The notes beneath the pieces are model-generated. The model saw nothing but the letters and a program-made list of their open reading frames with translations. It searched no databases and was not told the DNA's origin. DNA of 63,301 nucleotides, counting the filler, from Intoshia linei (Eukaryota; Animalia; Orthonectida): assembly GCA_001642005.1 (NCBI GenBank). It is 3 parts of 3 records of this genome, joined end to end, with 100 filler letters (N's around TTAATTAATTAA, not from the genome) between each part and the next. Parts side by side here need not be neighbours in the genome. Positions count along the whole stretch, not along the records: positions 1 to 28,430 come from LWCA01000417.1; 2 more parts are not named here. The stretch is one strand, 5' to 3'. A program made the position numbers and the translations under genes. Below, piece after piece: positions 12,413 to 26,939 of this stretch. Each line of letters begins with the position of its first letter. Within the stretch, counting starts at the first letter, position 1.

Positions 12413-15400
12413 ATGGACCAACTAAATAAATTTTCGGTTGCAAAAGCGATAAATTTAGCTAATGCAGATTCATACAGAAGCACAAGTCTTGATACACCAG
12501 TAAAAATATTAAAAAGTGATAAAGATGACACCCCGTGTACAACCATTGTTGCACAATTTCGTAAAAACAGCGAATGGGTCAAAAAATTTAGAAAAAATCA
12601 CGTTTCTTTTTACAAAAAAGTGAATGATAGTTATGATGCCATTCCATTTACGCAATATGAAAGAGATATTGAAACGGCCGCCAAGGCTCTTATTAGCCTT
12701 GGAGTTAAACCTCATAATGCTATTGCTGCAATCGGTTTTAATAGTTATGAATGGGTTGTCATGAACATGGCTGCTATTTTTTGTGGGTAATAATAATATT
12801 ATAATTACTATTTAAAGTTTATCAATATTTTAGAGGCGTTATAGCAGGATTATACACAACAAATTCAGCAGATTTAATAGAATATTGTATTCAAAAAATT
12901 GAAATAAAAGTGGTCTTGGTTGAAAATACTTTACAGCGCAAAAAACTAGAAGAAAAATTTGATTCTTTGAAAGATCAGTTGGTAGCAATTATTCAATACT
13001 CCGAACTAGAGAGTATATCAGATAATTATGAACAATCTAAAGGGCTAAAATCAGATAAACCTGTCATAGAATATGATAATGGAATAAAATTTTTTAAATG
13101 GACTAGTTTTATGAAACTTTCAAAATCATCTCTATCACCTGAAGCAACTGAAAACTCTCAACCCACTGACCTCACTGATTCCGATTATTTAGATAAAGAA
13201 TTAGAAAAACGAATAGAAAATATGCACCCAAACATGTGCTGTACAGTAGTATTTACTTCAGGAACAACCTCATTACCAAAAGCTGTCATGTTGTCTCATG
13301 ATAATATTATATTTGTTACAGCTAAATTATCAAAAAAAGTAAAGATTGCTACTTTAGCTGAACATATTATAGTCAGCTATTTACCTTTTTCACACATTGC
13401 CGCCAATCTATTTGATATTCACATGAATTATGCTTTAGTTACCACAATATATTTTGCTCAGCCCGACGCTTTTAAAGGTAGCTTGAAATTTACTCTACAA
13501 GATGCTAGACCAACCATATTTTTTGGTGTCCCCAGAGTTTATGAAAAATTCAACATGGCCATCGTCAACATAATACTTCAATCTGGAACAATTAAAAAGA
13601 ATCTACTAAACTGGGGGTTAAATAAAGGACGACTCAATTTTTTCACGCAAATGAATCTGTTGAAAGAAGGAGACCCAAATTGGAATAAATACGAATCTAT
13701 ATGCTTCAAACTGGCCGACAAGATAGTTTTACAAAAAATCAGGAAAAATTTAGGAATGGATCGATGTCAACGGTACTTTTTTGGTGCAGCTCCATTATCG
13801 GGCGACGTTATGCAAATGTTTTTAAATTTGGGAATGTTTATGTGTAATATTTATGGATTAAGTGAATGCTCCGGTCCTCATTTAACAGTTAACGATGAAA
13901 AGTATGCATATAATAGCTGTGGTGATGAATTTGATGAATATGTCACCACTAAATTTGATAAAGCGAGTTACGATGATTTATATATTGACGCTAAAAAAGA
14001 CGATGAAAAAGCACACAATGCTACAGAAAAATATGTTACAATTGAGGACGAAAAAATAGATTCAAACAAAAAAAATAAAATTAAAGAGTATGGGGAATTA
14101 CTTATTTCGGGAAGGCATGTATTCATGGGTTATTGCAATGATGAAAATAATACTAACAAGTGTTTTCAAGGTATATGGTTTCAAACAGGGGATGTGGGGG
14201 AAAGGCACGATAATGGATGTATAAATATTACTGGGAGAGTGAAAGGTATCATTTTTTAATTCACATAAATTCAATTTTATATACCTTTAATGCAATGGTT
14301 CCCGATTCAAATTGTGTACGGACCCCTATTTCAAAATATTTATTAAATTAAAAAATTTAAGGTTTTTTCTCATAAGATTTGGTAAAATCGTGTTTTTCAA
14401 AAAAATATTGGAAAAAAAGGATTTTTTATTTTGTGTTTTAGATTAAAAAGTTGTTGCTCATAAGATTTGGTAAAATCGGATTTTCCAAAAAAAATATTGG
14501 AAAAAATTTTTACCTTAATGATTGATAAAATTGAATTTTTTATATTGTGGTTAGATTAAGTGAATTTTTTAAAAAAATATCGGTAAAAGTCGATTTTTCG
14601 TTGATGATTTTATATGGTATTTTTTATTAAATTTTGATAATGATGGAATAAGAGTGAGATTTTTAAAATTATAATGTAGCGGTCGTATGGGATTTGGGTA
14701 AAAATTATTGATATATTCTGGAGTTCAGAATCTGGATCGACGAATTTTTTTATGATCGAATTTCGCATGTCTGCAGTTTTCTAAGATAATTGTATCTATG
14801 CGTATAATAAAATTACTTTATTGATTTTTTTATCGATAAATTAACAACCCCAATCAAATCAAATTTACATAAATCATTACATTTAAAATTTTTAACTCGA
14901 ATTGCCCATACCTCATGAATATTTCAAAACATTTTCACTACCTGTACAATGTACATTGTACACAGTTCACGTGCTAACTCAATACTTCTGGTAGCCGTAC
15001 TAGAGTTCTGCAACGGTTCGAAACACGATTCGAATACGAATTTCAAAAATTACTTCAAGAACCGAAGCACAAACTTTAAATTATCTTCAATACTGATTAA
15101 TTGTGATTGTTTAATAAAACTTTAAGAAATTTAATGCGTACACGAATACGAACTTCGGAGCCAATTGCAGAACTCTACACTTTAGAGCCGTGGTTCCTGG
15201 ACTCCTTGGTGCTTTAAAACTATAAACTTTTAATGTATCATAAATGTTTTATATTTCCTGTTCCCTTTGGGGTCCAAAAAAATAAATATTTTGAATTTGG
15301 GTCCGTACATTATATGAATAGATAACCACTGTTTTAGTTGAAAAAAATGATGGTAAAATGTGTGATTTCGTGTTAAAAATAATCACTTGACTTATGTTTT

Positions 15401-17152
15401 AACTCAATTTAAAAAATAAGAAAAAAATTATAAAAGAAAAATTCAATGAGTAGATTGGTTTACTTGTTTACATTTACTTTTACCGCCATTAATTTCCTGA
15501 GAAAAATTCCCTCCCGTAAGATTAATTTTCTTGGGACTAAGTTTTTATTTTAAAAGAGCAAAAGACGAACCCTACCTAATTTTGCACATTTGATCTAGTG
15601 AGTCGCAATTCCAATACAAAACTATCAAAATTGTTAAGTTTACGACATATTTTATTTTATCAATGTTATTTACCTATTAATTATCCATATTAGTTTATTG
15701 AACAATAATATATGTACGCAAAATAAAAATTTTATTAGTCCTATTTTAATTAGTAATAAATTTGAAAAGGTTTCAATCAGAGGTTCCAAATTTTTTTATC
15801 TCATGACCCAGTATAACAATAATCAAAAATATCGCGAATTACAATATCAACTGTTGATAAAAAATATTTTCCTTTTTTGGTAATTGAAAATGTAGTTATT
15901 CACCTAATTTATACTGATATTATGAGTAATTTCCCGAATGGAGTGCCTATTATTGACAAGTTGTTAAATTGGGAACATCTTGATTTAAAATATAAATCCT
16001 CAGTAAATTACATTACGAACATTATTTTTCATCAATATGTACTAATACAATTTGCACTTGGTCCAATTATATAATTACAATTGCATATCTGAAATTGTAC
16101 AATTTCTTCAAGTGCTAAATGGTTTCAATCAAAAAAAAACAAACCAAACATCAAATATACACTTATAATAGTGGTTTTCAACCGGGGGGTCGTGAGAATT
16201 TGAACACAGTATAAAATATAAATAAAACTGAATATGCTTTTTTAATATTTTCATTTATGTGAATTTATAAAATGTTTGGAGTATATCAAAAATTTTTTAT
16301 GTTTATAAGGGGGTCGCGAACACAAAAAGGTTAAAAACCATTGACTTATAATGTAATTGTTACATATTGTATCATAGTAAGCCAGCCATGTCTTTTTATA
16401 TATAACTTCCAAATAAGATAAAATGTAAATTTACATCATCGTAAATCTAACACACAAAGTTGATAAATTAATTTATTCTTTTTTGGAACGCAATATATAA
16501 AACAAATATGGTTTTATATAATTTATTTTAAATCGTGTCATGTTGTTTGATAGTAATAAAAACTTTAGATATTATAATAACGAGCGGAGGAGAAAACGTG
16601 GCCCCAATTCCTATAGAAGATACCATAAAGAAATTTTTGCCAGTCATAAGTAATGTAATGGTTGTGGGAGAAAACAAGCCATATTTGTGTGCATTGCTAA
16701 CCCTTAAAGTAATTTTTAAAAAAATACAATTGAGACTTTAATAAATTTTATATTTAGACTGAAGTTGACACTAACACACTCTGTTCAACAGACGAACTGA
16801 CTTATGAAGCATTGGATTGGTGTAAGAAATTCAATGTAACTGAAACCAATGCTAATGAAATTTACAACGAAATGAGTCCTGCGTTTGTTAAGGCAATAGA
16901 TGAGGGGATTAGCGATGCCAATAATGAAGCAATCAGGTATATCATAAAAAATTGTGAATCAAAAATTTAGTCAACCTGCCAAAATTAAACGTTGGAGACT
17001 ACTTCGGCGCGATTTTTCCATTGGAACTGGAGAAATTGGTAATAATAAATAATAATAAAAACTAAAAACGTTTAGGGCCAACTATGAAACGAAAAAATCA
17101 CACAATTTTAGAAAAATACTCGGATTTGATCAACGAAATTTATACAAAATGA
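12413..17152 (+). CDS. ACSBG: Long-chain fatty-acid-CoA ligase, bubblegum (ACSBG) family
   Basis: IGFNSYEW, FTSGTTSLPKAVMLSHDN, SYLPFSHIAA, YGLSECSGP, GRHVFMGY, TGDVG, ITGRVKDIIITSGGENVAPIPIE, GEIGPTMK; long intron ~14246-16568; stop at 17150-17152. Confidence 0.93.
15001..15177. mobile_element. MITE in ACSBG intron
   Basis: TIRs TAGAGTTCTGCAA / TTGCAGAACTCTA; no TSD detected. Confidence 0.6.
16169..16343. mobile_element. Buster-type hAT MITE in ACSBG intron
   Basis: TIRs TAGTGGTTTTCAACC / GGTTAAAAACCATTG; perfect 8-bp TSD ACTTATAA (NNNTANNN). Confidence 0.85.
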
Positions 17153-17231
17153 AATGTATATAAGAATTAAAATTTAATTCAACTAGTGATTTATAGTTAT
17201 AAACATTTATACACGTATTAAATAAAATACA

Positions 17232-18163
17232 TCAACACATTTCAGTACCAGAGTCGACTGGGTCGTCAATTACTTTAACATTGTCTTCGTCCTCCTCGTA
17301 CAATTCTAGAGTAGTATTGTCAAAATCAAAATAATCGTCATCGTAAAAATCGCAAACTGTTTTTTTAGGTTTTTCAATTTTTTCAGGGCTTTTAGAAGCC
17401 AAATATTCTTTAAGAGTGGTAGGGATAGATATGCCGTCTTCTATGATAAAAAAATAATTTGATAAATTAAAAACAACTTTTAGCTTCGATTTTGCTATCA
17501 CGAATATTCTTCCTAAAAATAAAATATTACTCAAATACTTGCAAAACATACTTTATGACGGTGAGGTACTCATCTTTATCAGATTTTGTCAAGTAGCGTC
17601 TATACATGAGAGACGCTTCAACATTGGCAGGTGAACTGGTATTTGGTTCGCTTAAAAGGGAAATTATGCTAATCAAAACTGTAGAAACAGTGTGGATTGG
17701 CTTCCAAACTTCACTGGGCAATTCACCACTCCGTGGGTCATGTAGAGGTGCATGTAAAATGGATATACAGACTTCTCCAGTCTAAAATCTAATGTAAAAG
17801 TGACTATTATTTTAACCTTGTAAATGTTTGGATGCCAAATGCTATTGATAAAAGTTAAACTAGGAGGACCAAATGGGTAATCTTTTGGAAATTTCATTTT
17901 AGCCTAATTTTTAAATTACGATTTACATTTGAAACTAGATTAGCTGAAAATACCTTAAAGTAGCCTCCGGCGTATAACGTATCGGGAGGGCCAAATATAA
18001 TCACCAACCATTCAAATATATTTGCATCGTTTAGCAAAGACACTCGGAAGCCTTCGATTGGGTTATTCATCAAATCTTCCAATTCTGATTGTAATGATTT
18101 TATTGCGGTACGGTATTGAGCTTGTATGCGGTTGTGAGCCGCAGATTTACTAATAACGTCCAT
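17232..18163 (-). CDS. CDC34: Ubiquitin-conjugating enzyme CDC34/UBE2R
   Basis: [56 protein letters not shown] (catalytic Cys + loop insertion), [19 protein letters not shown], acidic tail; candidate 31-nt 5'UTR intron at 18166-18196. Confidence 0.93.
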
Positions 18164-18783
18164 ATCTAAGAATGTAAAGAGAATGAAATTGTTTACCTCG
18201 TTTTGATAAAAGCAAGCAATAAAATAAAATATATTTACTCTTCAATAAAACAAATTAATATAATGTAAACTGGTTCGAATACTTTATTGTGCGACAGAAT
18301 TGTAACCGTATATTTAAATATGAATTGTTTCTAATTTTATCAATGTAAAACTATTTCATGGCCTGTTTTTGTTCAGTAGCAACGAACCAACGAATCTAGT
18401 AAAAACCAATAGCGAAATTAAGAGTACAACCTATTTGCAAACGAATATTCAGTGTAACTAAAATATAAACTACATTCAGATGAGAACAAAATACTAGTAA
18501 AAATTATTTAATTATACATAATTATACATAAAATTATCGTTTTGACGATAAGATAAGCGCAATCACTTTGGGCATGAGATAATGAGATTTAACAAATGGG
18601 ATGTAGCCATGTGACCGGCGATTGGTAAACGCCATTCAAGAGGTAGGCTTAATTATCTCTTGGGGTATAGGGGTTTATTACAATATTGAATGTTGTTAAA
18701 TGTACAATAATGATTGCGATTAGTTTGAGTTTGTTAGATGTGTCTACATAAAAAATACTAATGTTTTAAAATATTCACATTAA

Positions 18784-21700
18784 TTACATGTTTCCACCCA
18801 AAGTTAATATGTCACAATGGTTTATAGATGAATTTGATGATTGACAATGTGTAGCTGATGGAGTATCAGAAGCAGAAGTATTTGGCGTGGATGATAGCGA
18901 ATTGTTGTAATACTTGTCCAGTTTTGCAATAATATGCTTTCCATACGTGTACCGCCGCAGAGTCGCCAAGTGTGGTCTCATGCGAGATAGTAACATCTTG
19001 CGTTGTGTTTGATCGGACACATCAATCAATCTCTGAATGACATAATTTGCGAATTGATCTTTCATCATGATGGTCAAAGTATTATTATTTGCATCTTGAC
19101 CATTACAAATTTCTTCAATTAAAATAAGACGTTCTTTCCTGGATGAATGCGTCACACACTTTTCAATTACATTACTAGCAAATTTGTGTTGACTCAATTC
19201 AAGAATTCGTCCCCGAAGTTGACTAACAACGCGATTTACCATAGTAAGCGAACCACTTTCTAATACATGTTGAATAACATAATTTCCGTATTGATCTTGT
19301 GTCAAGGAATCTACATGTTCCATAAGTTCATCTAATAACGGAGAAGTCTGTTCAGGTTTACAGTGTTCTAAAACTCTCTGAATTACTCTACAACCATATG
19401 GATGTGTGGATAAAGAATACACTTGACCTCGAAACGAATCAATAATAAATTGCAAATTTTCAGCGCTCACACACTCTATACATTTTTGAACAACATGATT
19501 TCCATTCTGGTCTTTAACACATTTTAATACATGACCGTCCAGTTCATTTACAATTTCTATCTGTAAATCTGTAGGAATAGACTCTAGCGCCTTCTGTATA
19601 ACTCGACAACCATACATTTGCAAGGCTAAAGGTAAAACACGGTTTTTTAATTTTCTAGCTAGTATCGTTCGCTGTTCCATCGTTCCAAATTCCAAAAGTT
19701 TTTGTACCACATAATTTCCAAACACATCAATCATAAGAGAATATACAGATTCCAAAATTTGATTGAAAATTAATGAATTTTCGGCCGGGCTTGCTCTCTC
19801 TAATCTTTGTTGAATGAATCTAAATTATCAAATATAAAATATAGAATGAATCAGACATTATCACCTTTTTTATACGAAGGATCCTCATATTTTAATTTTT
19901 TATTCCTAACGTAAAAGCAACTTAAATGTTTATAGAATAAAAATGAATCATCAAAAAAATTTTCATTGGACGTACACAGAGTCGCAGCTACCCAGTTCCA
20001 GGCCACCCAAAAATGAAATATACGTTTCTAAATTATTTTCACAAAGTATTCAGTGTCATATAACCACTAACATAAATAATTACGATATTCAAGAACATAA
20101 TATCTTTAATGTTTAATTTGGAACAGGCTTTGAAAATTGAGGCATTTTAGAAAAATTTCGAGGAGGTCCCTCAAGTGAGGTATCGAGTATGGTAGATTCG
20201 GCACTGTGTATAAAGGTTTAAAACACTGCAATATTCAGTACACTAATATAATATCGATATAAAATAAATAATAGATAATGAATAAAAACTTTTATTTTTA
20301 ATCAAAAAAACATTGTAAAATATACATTTTCCTGGAACCCAGGATCCATATCAATTTCATAGAGTATTACTTATTGAAACTTAACAACATGTTAATTTTT
20401 GAGTGTAAAATAACTGAATTTGCGTACTTGACGCAATACTTAAATAAAATTATCAATAAATATAAGATTTAATTACTGCTCAACGTAATTAAAGATTAGT
20501 AGCTAATACAAACACTTAATTTTATGCAAACCCGTTATCGGTTAATTTGTACACAAGAGTCTGACATTTCCGAATTTTCTGGGTGTTTAATATCCAATGC
20601 ATTCACATGTACACTACAATCATTATTCCAAAATAAAACTGTGGAAGGCTTCGAAGAAATTTTTATAAAATGGTGCTTTCAAATTGAGCATTAAAAATGT
20701 ATATTCTCGAATATCATAACTATTTTCTGTGCTAAATTTAAAATGTCAAGTTAAGATTCTTGGAGTGGTGACTGGGGGCTATATGACACTACGCACCGTT
20801 TGCTAATTTTTCATTTTAAGGTACCCCTGAGCTTGATAAGTTTGGTTCTATTTAAAATTATAAATTGTAGGCCAATTTTTTATCATAAATTTAATAAAAC
20901 AAAAATAAAATATTTTTTCCGCGTCATATTACATATGTACAAAAAGTAAAACTTTAATTTACAAATGCAAATAATGTCAATATGTTTTATCATCTATATT
21001 TCAATGTCAATAAATCAAAAATGTTATTTATAACTTGAAAAAACAAATTTTAAAAAAGTCGATACTAATTTTTACAAAATGTTAAATAATCAAATTTTTT
21101 TGTAACAACTATAGCAGGGGTGCACAACCTTTCCACCAATTCAACCACAATGCTACTTTTCTCATTGATAATTCTCATCAGCCGCACAAAATTTACTTCG
21201 ACATAGATAAAGTTTACTCTAAACTTAAATTTTAGGTCTAATAAAATAGTTTTCTTTTAATTTTAATGAAATAGTTTTAATTAATAATTTTCAACTAAAA
21301 TTAATCCTTAATTCACTCATATAAATTAACACCATATTTATCATTTATCTTAATCGGAGTAAATAACAATAGTAGGATTAATGCAGTGCTTCTCATGGGG
21401 TGACTGGTCACCCCAAGGTGTGAATACAAAAATTTAGATTGTATATTGTAGGCTAATCTACAATTTTCAACATATTTCATTAAATCATCCAATTTAATAT
21501 AATTTTATCAGAAAAAACCAAAATTTTAAAATAAAAACTACCCTATCTAATTCCAAAAGAAAAAACCACACTATACCAACCCTTAACGAAAAAAATTAGC
21601 TTTTACCAATATTTTTATGAAAAATCCCATTTTACCAAATTTTTAGATCAATAATTCTTCTGACTGATTCCATAAGAAAAAAACCTCATTTAAAAAATAA

Positions 21701-24700
21701 TTTGAAAAATCTCCTTTTACTAATAATTTTTTGAAAAAACATTAATCATTAATTTTTCGGTAAATAATTAATAACAATTGGACAACAGAAAAAAGTTCCA
21801 TTAAAAACCGATTTGTTCATACATTAGAATGGAAAACATAAAAAAAGGATATCAGTGACTGCCTTGATTTTGTGTGCCCTTCGCTAACATTTGAGAAACT
21901 GGGGCAAAGTCAAGAAAGTAACTTTGATTAAAATATTTTAAATAGACCTTGAATAAAATCTCATTTTAACTTTTCAATTTGAAGTAAAATCATATATTGC
22001 CCACGGCCGCACGTTGCGCACCCCTGCACTATAGTATACTAAAACAAATAAGATATACATAAAATCCAAATTAATAATACTATTTACTCAACCAGTCACA
22101 AGAGTGATTAATATACCAGTAGTTCCAAGAAATTTAAACTGGCGTAAACAATAATTCATAAAAGAAATTATAACTATTGTATTTATAAGGGGTCATGACT
22201 CATGGCTCATTAGTTAAGTAAAGTCGATAAATAAAATATAATGTATCATTATAAATAAAAAATTAACTTTTAATTATAGTTATCAAATTACAAACTATAA
22301 CACCCAAAAATAAAAATATAGTTAAAAAAGTCAATAATTAAAATCACCATAGATAAAGTCTATACATTTCCGTAATGAAAAACTCAGCTATAACAAATAT
22401 TTAAACATTACACTTAATTAAAGTTTTAATAAACCGAAAAATCGTATGAAATATTAAAAATATTTTACGATATCAGTTTAATCAAAATAAATCTAGTTTT
22501 GTTAATTGAATTAATAATCTAAATTTTTTTTTTCATAACATTTAAAGATAAGACTTTCGAATAAAACAGCAACTACCAAACCCCACCAAGATGATCAAAG
22601 TCTGCAACAAATTAAATTTAAAAATTAGTTATATATTATCTTAGTAAATAAATTACCTAGAACCGTGTTGATCTTGTGAAAATTCTATAACATGATTTCC
22701 TAAATCTATTAAAGTCAAATTTGGTGTGCGATTATTTCGAAAATCATCCAATAACCTACTTCTCGCTGCAACCTCCTTAACGAATCTAAATGACAAGTAA
22801 AACATGCAAAAAATAAAAAATTACGTCTTTGGAATCCGTGTCAAAGGATAACTAGCTGGAGGAAAATAATTATTCATAACAGGGTTGATCCTCATTTTAT
22901 CGTTTTTCATATACATTCTATTTTGACCTTGATATTGAACATTCGAGTAAGCCATATTGTGTGAAGTATTGTCGTTGGTCGGAATAGCCGTAACGGGCAT
23001 ATTAATCCCTTGTTTCATATTAGGATAAAAATTTTGAAATTGGACATCGTTTCTATCATTAAAATTAGGCATAGACGATCCCACAATATCGTAATAATCT
23101 GGATTATAAGAGCCATTCATGTTTGGCATCATTGAAGAATTTCCAAATCGACAACTTGAAGTAGTAGGCATAAGTACATTAGGACTATTAGGATGCATGC
23201 GCAATTGAGCATTGGGCATGGCACGGGATGATTGGGGTATATTGAAATTTACAAACTGTCCCGAATTTTGATCAAAAAAGCCGTTTGGAGATACTGGATA
23301 CGAAACTGATTGCTTATTTTGGACATTATTTTGAACTGGAGTAGTGTTAACATTTGCTCCGTTTCTCATAGGTTCCATGATTTTTTCGACCGTTTTTGGT
23401 GGAGATTGGACACTTTTAGCATCTTTCTGGTTGTAATTCTTCCAAGAAGGCTGAGGATGGCAGTAATATAAAGGTTGATTTACATTATTACCGCTATATA
23501 CAGTTTGATTAACGTCGACCATTGGGAATTGGTTGGGGAACTCGTACATGCTCTGAAACATGTTTGACCGAGAATTGGGACTTTTCACATGTGATTTGGC
23601 TTCAGGAGAAGGACTTTGTTGTTCAGAATTGTACATTATATCAACATTCTTAGTTTGATTCACTTTAGTTTTTGTTCTGTTTAAAATTGGAGAAACCTTT
23701 TTGTTCTTGTACGCTTCGCGATCCGATTCATTTTGACAATTGATGGACTAATTTCGAATTAAAAAAATAAAATCTGATTTACCATGTTTTTGAATCCTTG
23801 CACCACACTACTTTCATCCACTGGAGAGTTGCTAAGTACGTACTCAGCCATGTCAAACCCCAGCGCTTTACTGTCAGACCTAGGACTTATTGTTCCCGAC
23901 TCAGCAGTAAACTGTGGTACTCTTCGTAAAGACGAAGTACTCTGCGAGTTCGAATTTACGCAATCTACATAAAAATTAAAAACTAAAAATTGAAAATAAA
24001 AAAAGTTTACCAGATGCAGTTCCGTCTGATTCTTGAACACCTGACCTTGCTGCCCATGCAGTGTTCATATTTTCTTGGTTCCAATTAGAATTATCGAATA
24101 TAGTTGGCTTTGTATTTTTAGTAGGCGAATTCCAAATATATTCCGAGGTCTAAAGATAATCTCAAAAATAACAAAAACAAGTCAAAATTGATAAATGATA
24201 CAAGTTGAAAACATGATAAACGCAAATACTAAGAGCAAATATAAAATATACTGGGTAAACAAAAATATTTCGCTTAACCTCCACTGATATTCAATTTCAC
24301 AATGAAAATGTAGGTGAAAACTAAAACATATCCAGGGATACTTAACACGTCTCGAAACCAATTGGTACCAAAGCTATAACAACTCGTGGTAAACATAAAA
24401 TGCAAATAAAGGAATGTAAGTGATTACATCATGAGCAGCATCTGCGGTCAAATTGGCGGATTTGGGACAATTGACAACAATTGGATGTAAAATTTTGGAA
24501 ATGTGCGACATGCCAAATAATTTTTGGGGAATGAAAAATTACTAAAGTCTAGTAAATATAATGTTTTTCGGTTCCTCAGCAGCCTCAAAGTACTTTGTCT
24601 GTTGCACAACTTTGTGTAGACTACACTCATCTTAATAATTTGACAAATGGTCCAAACTGTTTGCACAATATATACGTACTCATATTTCACGACAGCAACC

Positions 24701-24754
24701 AGGATCTTCGTCGTATATATGCATGATTACCTTTATATTGTTATAGTTTACCAT
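18784..24754 (-). CDS. PUM: Pumilio (PUF) RNA-binding protein; first exon uncertain
   Basis: Exons 24149-24011, 23964-23783, 23747-22825, 22785-22657, 19819-18784 splice in frame; conserved [10 protein letters not shown] motif, N/Q-rich region, [12 protein letters not shown]...[13 protein letters not shown] and eight PUF repeats. Confidence 0.95.
21115..22026. mobile_element. Buster-type non-autonomous hAT element in Pumilio intron
   Basis: TIRs CAGGGGTGCACAAC / GTTGCGCACCCCTG; TSD AACTATAG / CACTATAG (7 of 8 match). Confidence 0.8.
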
Positions 24755-25752
24755 GATGAGTTAGACCACATTAAAATAATATATAAAAAATGAATCGCAA
24801 CACATAAAGTTGGATGTACTTCAAATGTGTAAATAGAACAATATTAAATGTTGAATAAAATTTACGTGTCAAACTAAATCTAGAAACGTAAATAGTTTTC
24901 GATGACAACAGAAAACGTGGGCGAAATGTACCTCTGAAGAATCAAGGCGTACCAACTTTCGATACCGTAGGGTTCTGACTACAAAATTGTCGTCGTGTGC
25001 ATATTTTGTCATTTGATTGGTGGGTGCTGCCAATTGAAAATTTTTGTTCAATTTAGATATTCCATTCTTTTTACAATTTGTTATAGCTACAATTCGCGTC
25101 TCCTCTCTTTCCAGACAATCTGTAGCGGATTTTATGGGTTTATCTCGTTCATTTGTCATTTATCTGTAATGCAAATTATCAAATGTGTCTTAGTAGATAC
25201 CAGACAAATAACAAACACATTTCTATTCTTAGTAGCCTTAGAAATTTAATCTAAGAATGTAAACTGAAACACTGTGAGATTGACTCATCCTATTAATTCA
25301 AATGCTAACCAGACTAATCTCGCCAAATTCAATTTGTACATGTATAAAAATTTAATAAAAAAATACCTAAACTGTTTCAACTTTAAATGGTTTAACAATC
25401 AAAAATTATACAAACATTAAAAATGATACAAATATATTACAATATTTTACAAATGACCCAGCGAAAATAAATTCGTATTTACAATGGAAACAACTCTGGG
25501 AATGGTTGGCAACGGATATTGATTTACAATGTTAATTTTCATTACCAATGAATGTAATTTTTGAATCGCATTTATTGTGCGCTTAAATTAGGCAATTTAT
25601 ATTTTACAAAATACGAATTAGACACAATTTAATTTTTTGTACTCAATCAATGAATTATAAAATAAACATGATTGTTATAGAAATCAATAAAAATACAAAT
25701 TCCTACAAATAATTTATTTCAATTTTAGGAATTCTAGATTTATCGGAATTAA

Positions 25753-26304
25753 TTATAGTTTAATTTGACTTGATTGCTTTTTTGAGAAGATTTTCAGAAA
25801 ACCACGAATTTTTGTCGGATACTTCTTCCATTATTTTAAATTCATGTAAATTCGGTCGTTTGGAAGGATTGTCGTTCAAAATTTTTTCCGTTTCCACTTT
25901 AGTTTTCTGATAGCATGTGGCTAAACAAAATTAAAAATAGAATTACCAAATGTATTACGGCACAGGGTATGGTATTGATGATAGGTTCCACATGAATTGC
26001 ATATTGTGATATTATCGTTCACTGTTAAATTTTTTTTCACAAAAGAAAACCCCATTCGACGAGTTTTACGCTTTTCAATAGTTCTACGTCTCTTGGGCAC
26101 ATTCTTCCATACAAACGCATCCCTCATAATTTCTATGGCGCTAGACACTGACGGTTGGTTCGTTTCACAAAATTCCAATCTACACATTCCCATGCTAGGT
26201 TGGAGAACTACATTTTCATCATATAATCAAATTAAAGTCTTACTCTTAAATAACAAGTAATCAATAATGCTTTTCCCATACGAAACGGCACTTTTTATGT
26301 TCAT
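25753..26304 (-). CDS. MRPL32: Mitochondrial ribosomal protein L32 (bL32m)
   Basis: VPKRRRTIEKRKTRR, then CNSCG...LCPTCY zinc motif across an intron; first intron 26243-26208 restores frame. Confidence 0.85.
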
Positions 26305-26939
26305 TTGAATTCAATTTAACTTTATTTTGATTTTAATTTGAAACGCAAAGTGCTAAATCTATAATTTAGATTTAATTAGTCATTGAATAAAATACAATAA
26401 TGGGTTAATTGATTAGCACGTAAATATTGTATTGTAGAAAATAGACTCAACTGGTGACTTGCTTGTATAATTCACATTAACTATAGTGATGGATGTTTTT
26501 GTATTTTCTTTGTTATTTATTGACACGTACTTTATCTATATTTCATTAATCCTGCATTTAAATTTTAAAACTATAGATATTTAGACAGTACATCAACTCA
26601 ACTATGTATCGATTTAACTCAGCGAATATACAATGCATACAAATCTTGTACAATGTATTTAGTGTTTTCTGAAATGTGTTATAATATATAGCCTTGGGTA
26701 GCACAAATCACACATTTGTTTGCGTATTATATCAAATAAATTTAAGATTTCAACAATGGGATTAAGCAATATATGACCGTATTTTTTTATTTGTATATAG
26801 GACATGAAATGTTCATCTGACTCGAACATACTGTTGGCTTTTCAAAATTTTCAATAGTCTGGAATTTACAATAAACATTGTACAAAATAAAATACTATGA
26901 CAAAACATTAAAAAAGAAAAATGTTTATTTAATTTTAAC

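Noticed and set aside
18230-18783. Pumilio autoregulatory elements in its own 3'UTR
   Set aside because: No exact UGUANAUA found on the mRNA strand; only near matches (UGUAUAAU x2, UGUAGACA)
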